Source: an uncultured Prevotella sp. (GTDB taxonomy: Bacteria; Bacteroidota; Bacteroidia; Bacteroidales; Bacteroidaceae). From it: DNA of 64,000 bases. This document shows positions 58,586 through 64,000 of the stretch, piece after piece. Numbering within the stretch: the stretch's first letter is position 1; each line of letters begins with the position of its first letter. A program made the translations under genes and the position numbers. The stretch is taken from NCBI GenBank assembly GCA_944321295.1, contig CALUKU010000013.1:3317-67316 (forward strand), written 5' to 3'. The notes beneath the pieces were generated by a model. That model ran no database searches, was not told the DNA's origin, and was given only the letters and a program-made list of their open reading frames with translations.

Positions 58586-58673
58586 TTGAAAGGTAAGCTT
58601 TCGTCGTCTGAAAGATAAGCTTTTATGGGCCTAAAGGTAAGCTATCGCAGTGTGAAAGGTTAGCTTTTGTGGG
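58586..58673. repeat. 22-bp-period array (4 units)
   Basis: aaaggtaagc / aaagataagc / aaaggtaagc / aaaggttagc at exact 22-bp steps. Confidence 0.8.
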
Positions 58674-58921
58674 ATGGTATGAAAACCAAGCGTTGGTACT
58701 TTGAATATGTAAGAAGTTGTGCTCCTAAATATGTTGTTCCTATAAAATACGTATGAATTTTGTGATAAATCCTTCGTTTTTGCCGTTGAAAACTTGTGCA
58801 ATCAAGAAAAATTTTTTTATTTGGCAAAATAATGTAAAGTTGTTAGCCTATGAAAGATTATTAATGTTTTTTATTTCGTGACTATTAGATTGAGTGATTA
58901 ACTTCTAAACCTTAATAATTT

Positions 58922-60094
58922 ATGAAAAAATTTATTTTTATTGCAGTAAGTTTTTTATTTATTATTTCATGTACGAGTGAAATAATGGAGATGAACGATG
59001 GTGGAACAACTTTTACACAAGTCGTAGAAACAAGTGACATAAATAAAATAACAGAGGAGCAAGCATTAGATATTGCGAACAAAATTTTAACTAGAACAAG
59101 GGCTAATACGAATATTTCCGTTTCTTATGTGTTAAATGAAAATAACCCAATAACAAGGAGTGCAGGGGTGTCGGATACACTTGCATACATCTTTAATTAT
59201 GGCGTGAATAATGGTTTTGCGGTGATTGCTTCTGACAATCGTGTCTTTCCATTGTTGGCGTTTTCTGAAACTGGACATTTTGCATATGAAGAAGATGGAA
59301 ACGATCCAATTTATGCCTGTTTTGTTTCTCGAATAGATGATTATCTGGCAACTGCTGATGAAAATGATACGATAATCACTATACCTGATGATTTTATGAG
59401 TACATGTTATTGGACTGCTCCTCTTTTGGAAACATCAGGTTGGAGTCAAGGTGCACCTTATGACAAATATGTTAAGATGGAACATCCAGGATGTCCAACT
59501 GGATGTGTGGCTGTAGCAACGGCTCAAATTATGATTAATTGTAAAAAAAAGTTTTTATTATCATGATTCGTTATATCGTTGCCATGCCATAACGGAAGGA
59601 TTGAAAACACATCGAACAAAAATTGTTGGTGGAGATCCTGATTCTGTGATATATTCTTATGAAACGGCCGTAGATCATGCTGCAAGACTTTTATATTGGT
59701 AGGTAAGGATTTATATATTAATTATACTCCTAACGGAAGTTCTGGTTCTAGTTATAGTGCAAGATCTTTTTTAAGTAGATTAGGATATGATGTAAAGGAA
59801 TCAACTTTAATAAGTTTTTCAGATACAGCAATAGCTAATCGTATTGATGAAAATCGTTTAATTTATGTTGATGGGCGTTTGATGAGTAATACCTCTAATG
59901 GTCATGCGTGGATAATTGATGGTTATGGCTTTAATTGTTCTGCTCCAGAAACAATGATATTCCATTGTGATTGGGGATGGGGTGGAAATCATAATGGTTT
60001 TTATAGTAGTGTTGGATATTATTGTGGAGATGTTTTTGCAATTCCTGATTATGAATATGGAAATATGAAATACTTTTCTGTAAAAATTAATTAA
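58922..60094 (+). pseudogene. C10 (streptopain/SpeB-like) cysteine protease lipoprotein with two frameshifts
   Basis: Lipobox ISC; prodomain GFAVIASD; catalytic GCVAVATAQIM and GHAWIIDGY; WGWGG. Frames break at A8-G-T5 (about 59543-59556) and at tattggtagg (about 59693-59702); the middle segment is open in a third frame. Confidence 0.85.
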
Positions 60095-60104
60095 TCACAA
60101 TGTC

Positions 60105-60941
60105 ATGAAAATTTTTAATATCATTCTAATATCTTTAATTGGACTGACGTCTTGCTCGGGAGATGCGTATCTTATGGAAGATTATGCAATCGGGAATAAT
60201 GAAACCGAGTGGGAAACAGGCAAGGGTGAAGACAATATTAAATTGTCGACAAAGGAAGTGGCGTTCGGCTTCGCTGGCGGACAGGTAACTGTGAACGCCG
60301 AAGGCCGACATTGGTGGATAACTGAGATTGTTGTTGATGGGGAAAGGCTTTTCTCTATGGATGTTGATAAAGACGCGATGAAGCAGATGGCAGAAACAGG
60401 CAATTTCACCGCTCAGTACGGATGGCTTACCATTAAAATGGAGAACTGGCAGATGACATTCATAGCTGAGCTTAACGAAGGTGACCAGGACAGGACGTTC
60501 TGCGTTGGGGTAGAGTCTGGCGATTATTTCGATCGGATTGAGGGACGTCAGGACTGGCTTGTCACCGGTGATTGGGACGATATTATAAAATTATCGACAA
60601 AAGAAGTTACGTTCGGCTACGACGGCGGACAGGCAATGGTGAATGCTGAGGGCCGTTATTGGTGGATAACAGAAATCATTGTTGACGGGGAACGGCTTTT
60701 CTCCATGAATGTTGATAAAGACGAAATGTTTCAGATTACTGAAACTGGTAATTTCACCGCTCAGTACGGATGGCTAACCGTGAAGATGGAGAACTGGCAG
60801 ATGACCTTTATTGCCGAGCCAAACTATGGCGACAGTGAGAGGACGTTCAGCATTGGGCTTGAGGCCGGCGACTATTTCGACCGGATTGAGGGACGGCAGG
60901 CAATGCAGACATCTGGAATCCGGCCTGTTATATGCGAGTAG
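60105..60941 (+). CDS. Lipoprotein with two tandem about 116-aa repeats (possibly BACON-like)
   Basis: Lipobox TSC; near-identical repeats 348 bp apart (IKLSTKEV.FG..GGQ..VNAEGR.WWITEI...GDYFDRIEGRQ). Confidence 0.75.
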   Translation: MKIFNIILISLIGLTSCSGDAYLMEDYAIGNNETEWETGKGEDNIKLSTKEVAFGFAGGQVTVNAEGRHWWITEIVVDGERLFSMDVDKDAMKQMAETGNFTAQYGWLTIKMENWQMTFIAELNEGDQDRTFCVGVESGDYFDRIEGRQDWLVTGDWDDIIKLSTKEVTFGYDGGQAMVNAEGRYWWITEIIVDGERLFSMNVDKDEMFQITETGNFTAQYGWLTVKMENWQMTFIAEPNYGDSERTFSIGLEAGDYFDRIEGRQAMQTSGIRPVICE

Positions 60942-60968
60942 AACCATCGCCGATAATAATAGAAATAG

Positions 60969-61003
60969 GAGGGTGTATCAAAATTCAGGTACACCCTCTT
61001 TTC
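60969..61003 (+). terminator. Terminator after the lipoprotein gene
   Basis: gagggtgta / tacaccctc followed by tttt. Confidence 0.7.
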
Positions 61004-61376
61004 AAATCCATTTGTTAAATAATGCTTATAATGAAACAAAGCCCCGACTTTCCTAAGCCAGGGCTTTGCCATGTCAAAAAAAATCGTCCTTTATGACATG
61101 CAATCATAATACACCCTCTTCAAGCGTAATACACCCTCTTCAAGCGTATAAAGACAGCTTCTGGCAATGCGAAAAACGGTCTTTTGCACTGCCAAAGGTG
61201 GCAAAGGCAATGAGAAATGCCGTTTCTTATAGAAACAAGGGTCACAATACGGCTCGCCGTCAATCTGTTTCGCGAACGCAGACGTACATTTTCCGCCTGA
61301 CGTTTTGCCGCAAAATTACGGCCAAAGGTTTCAAAATGGCGCAACGGTTGTCCGCATGAAGTTCACCGTCAGCGGC

Positions 61377-62399
61377 TCAACTGCGCATGAACTTATTGTA
61401 ACGGTCAAGCTGTTCAGTTATATCTTGCGTGTCGTTTTCCCTGAAAAACGCGGCTGACTTTTTGGGGTGCCAGTTTCCGACGACGCGCCCTCCGCTTACG
61501 ATTATCGGGTAAAACAGACCATTGTTGCTGTATGCACGCGGACGAAACTCGTCATCAAGTACATGGTGGCGGCTCTTGTAGCCGAGCAGGTATTCGTCAT
61601 ACGACGGCAACAGGAGCGTCTGCCGTCGGCAGCCGCGCGTGCGGCAATCCTGGTGGATGTAGTATGCCGCGCCGTCATGCTTTTCTTCTATAAGTTCGTC
61701 GCGGAGCGCATCGATTGCCGCGCGACATTCGCCGACGTTCAAGTTACTCCACCACGTAAAGTCTTCAAGCGTGGCCGGAGAGTGGCTGCGGAAGTATTTT
61801 CGGGCGAGCATGGCTACCGCCTCCTCGCGTGAAGGCTCTTCCGCCGGAGGTATGCGTTCGTCAATGAGCGCGTATGTGTTTTCCCTGTCGTCAAGCTCTC
61901 CGCTGCAAATGATGCCGTCAAGTTCCGCCCTGCGCAGGAAGATAGACATGGCATGAGTAGTATCCGACAGGCCAAGCTCCGCCAACCGTTCAACAAGCAT
62001 GGTTTTGGTCGTAGAGCTGCGTCCGGCAAGTGCCTGCCGTATCAGGCTGTTGGCGCGATTATATTCATCTTCACTGATAACACGTCCATGATATGCCGTA
62101 AACCCGTTGATTGCTGTCTTGTTTCTGTCTGCGCAGAGCTTCAGCATCCAACGCAGGTCTTCCGCCGCAACAAGCTGCCATGTGCAGCGGAACAGGTGCG
62201 TGCGGACGATACGTCCCGAATTGTACGCCGACCTGAACGCCGCCATTGAGGGACGTTTCATCCTTATGCCGACAGCCCAGCGCATCATCCTGTATTCCTG
62301 CGCCTGCAACATGCCCATGTATGCGACGAGGTCGTGAACGTCGGTAAACTCCTGTGCTACAAGCTGTTGGTTTAGCAACCGTATGTTGGGTATGTTCAT
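61377..62399 (-). CDS. AlkZ/YcaQ-like winged-helix DNA glycosylase
   Basis: LQAQEY (QxQ motif), RTHLFRCTWQLV, YFRSHSPATLEDFTWWS, LLPSYDEYLLGY. Confidence 0.85.
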   Translation of the reverse strand: MNIPNIRLLNQQLVAQEFTDVHDLVAYMGMLQAQEYRMMRWAVGIRMKRPSMAAFRSAYNSGRIVRTHLFRCTWQLVAAEDLRWMLKLCADRNKTAINGFTAYHGRVISEDEYNRANSLIRQALAGRSSTTKTMLVERLAELGLSDTTHAMSIFLRRAELDGIICSGELDDRENTYALIDERIPPAEEPSREEAVAMLARKYFRSHSPATLEDFTWWSNLNVGECRAAIDALRDELIEEKHDGAAYYIHQDCRTRGCRRQTLLLPSYDEYLLGYKSRHHVLDDEFRPRAYSNNGLFYPIIVSGGRVVGNWHPKKSAAFFRENDTQDITEQLDRYNKFMRS

Positions 62400-62418
62400 G
62401 CCACCAATGCGCTTCTAT

Positions 62419-63084
62419 TTACCTGTAAATAAAATACCTGCAATTCGTTCCTTGTGCGTACTGCTCGAAAAGGCGCACAAGATATTCAGCGTTGGCCCTT
62501 ACCTGTTCTTCATTCCCGTCGTAACCATTGACGAGGACGAGCACGCGCGTCGTGCCGATGGTGATTTTCGTGCGCTCGTTGTCGCTCGTAGGCGTGCCCA
62601 CACCGCCTATGGCGTCACGATAAACGGGCAGTCCGGCAATGTTGAGCATGCCACGGCCGATACCCTCGTAAGGCTCGCCTTCGCGCCCAATGCCCAGCGT
62701 AAGCGTGTCGCCAACGAACTTGTCGGCGTCGAAGCCGCCAATGCTGTAGCCGTAAGCAATGCTCGCAAGGTTGATAAGGTCGACCAAAGTGTCGATTTTG
62801 TAAAGGTCTTTTCCCTGCAACATCCGCCTTATCAGCGCCTCGGCCGCCGGGCGGTAGCGGCTCGGGTCCTTGCCGCAGGCGCGGTAGACGCGGCGCGTGG
62901 CCTCAATGCCCGGTATTTGCTTTATCGTTTCCGTGGTGTATTCGTCCTTGTACTTCCGGCCCAGAGCCTCTATTTCGGCCCACAGCTCGGCGTTGTATTC
63001 AGTGTTGACGACCTCGGCTTCGACCGCCGCGCCTACGAAGCCGGGACACACCTGTTCGATTTCTTGTGATACGATGATGTTCAT
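62419..63084 (-). CDS. Stand-alone B3/B4 (PheT editing-like) domain protein
   Basis: GKDPSRYRPAAEALIRR, DLINLASI, SIGGFDAD, TPTSDNERT. Confidence 0.85.
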   Translation of the reverse strand: MNIIVSQEIEQVCPGFVGAAVEAEVVNTEYNAELWAEIEALGRKYKDEYTTETIKQIPGIEATRRVYRACGKDPSRYRPAAEALIRRMLQGKDLYKIDTLVDLINLASIAYGYSIGGFDADKFVGDTLTLGIGREGEPYEGIGRGMLNIAGLPVYRDAIGGVGTPTSDNERTKITIGTTRVLVLVNGYDGNEEQVRANAEYLVRLFEQYAQGTNCRYFIYR

Positions 63085-63216
63085 TATTTATATTTGCTTT
63101 TTAATTTAATGTTTGCAAAGATACGTCCTTTTTCCTTTTTAAGAAAAAACACATTCGCTTTTTTTGCGAATATGGAATAATAGCACTATATTTGCAAGCG
63201 TAAAAGACACGTTGTG

Positions 63217-63529
63217 ATGGAAATCTTTTTCGGTAAAAATACTTGCAAGAACTTTATACAACAGAGAAAACGGATAAAAAGCATCGTTACCAACCACAAA
63301 TCGTGCGCAAATACATTCGTGTAATAGACCTTATGATGGAGGTGCCTGACGTACAAGCCTTATGCAATATAACTCGTTGAACTACGAGAAACTGACAGGC
63401 GACAAGAAAGGACTGTCATCCGTCAGGGTGAACGACCAATACCGCATTGAATTTGAAGAATATACGAAAGATGGTGAAACTGTCGCCACAATATGTAATA
63501 TCACCGATTTGTCAAACCATTATAAATAA
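63217..63529 (+). pseudogene. higB: HigB/RelE-type toxin with two 1-bp deletions
   Basis: 313 bp; restoring one base at about 63235-63239 (A5) and one at about 63362 yields about 104 aa MEIFFG..YLQELY...KKHRYQPQIVRKY...LNYEKLTGDKKGLSSVRVNDQYRIEF. Confidence 0.8.
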
Positions 63530-63537
63530 TTGTGACT

Positions 63538-63882
63538 ATGATTACAATGAAAGATGTTGACCCCGAAATGATAGCCAACAATTTAACACCGGCAACCCCC
63601 ACACATCCAGGTGAGATACTGAAAGACGAGATAGAATTCCGCGGCATCTCACAACGTCAACTGGCAGAACAGATGGGTATACAGTATTCCGTTTTAAACG
63701 AAATACTAAACAAGCGGCGGCCGCTTACAGAGAAAACGGCTCTTTTATTTGAGGCTGCATTAGGCATAGATGCCGAACCGCTGATGCGGTTGCAGCTGAA
63801 ATACAATATGCAAACAGTACGCAAGGACAAATCATTCACGGAGCGATTGGCAAAGATACGCAAAGTGGCAGCATTATTGTAA
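63538..63882 (+). CDS. higA: HigA-family antitoxin (HTH-XRE)
   Basis: PTHPGEILKDEIEFRGISQRQLA...LNEILN..RPLT...ALLFEAALG...LMRLQ. Confidence 0.9.
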   Translation: MITMKDVDPEMIANNLTPATPTHPGEILKDEIEFRGISQRQLAEQMGIQYSVLNEILNKRRPLTEKTALLFEAALGIDAEPLMRLQLKYNMQTVRKDKSFTERLAKIRKVAALL

Positions 63883-63901
63883 CCTCATAACCCCAAACCC
63901 A

Positions 63902-64000
63902 ATGGACGAGAAACAACGGATATTGCAGCTCCGACGTGAGCTGAACGAGCATAATTACAAGTATTATGTATTAAACCAACCTACCATCGGCGACCAGGAG
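63902..64000 (+). CDS. ligA: NAD-dependent DNA ligase, N-terminal fragment
   Basis: MDEKQRILQLRRELNEHNYKYYVLNQPTIGDQE matches the LigA Ia subdomain; only 33 codons visible. Confidence 0.85.
   Translation, partial: MDEKQRILQLRRELNEHNYKYYVLNQPTIGDQE

Overview
Core-chromosome window from a Bacteroidota organism, most likely Prevotellaceae. This is inferred from TAnnTTTG -7 promoter boxes, the tmRNA tag GENKYALAA, T9SS-type C-terminal domains and gene content. Housekeeping genes include partial udk, relA-like, maeB, rpe, fabI, uvrA, prfC, pgi, gpsA, lysS and partial ligA. Other content: ssrA; a Wzx/Wzy-dependent surface polysaccharide locus with an AT-rich transferase cassette; a small pectin cluster (GH28-GH105 fusion plus PL1); and an accessory block between lysS and ligA (frameshifted C10 protease, tandem-domain lipoprotein, AlkZ-like glycosylase, stand-alone B3/4 protein, HigBA with broken toxin). 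No integrase, transposase or CRISPR array was seen. The most unusual signal is non-coding. Several intergenic repeat families recur, often stacked in convergent gaps: (1) a mirror-symmetric 185-199 bp module, 4 copies, in which TGTCAC/GTGAYA hexamers sit exactly 38 bp apart around IHF-consensus-like sites; (2) a 65-85 bp hairpin unit that duplicates the -7 promoter box, 3 copies; (3) 22-bp-period palindromic arrays, about 9; (4) GTAG-type REP doublets, 3; (5) CGTC-type palindromes; (6) inverted octamer clusters. A 42-aa small ORF upstream of rpe is missed by the ORF track. All alignments and counts were done by eye, with no database searches.
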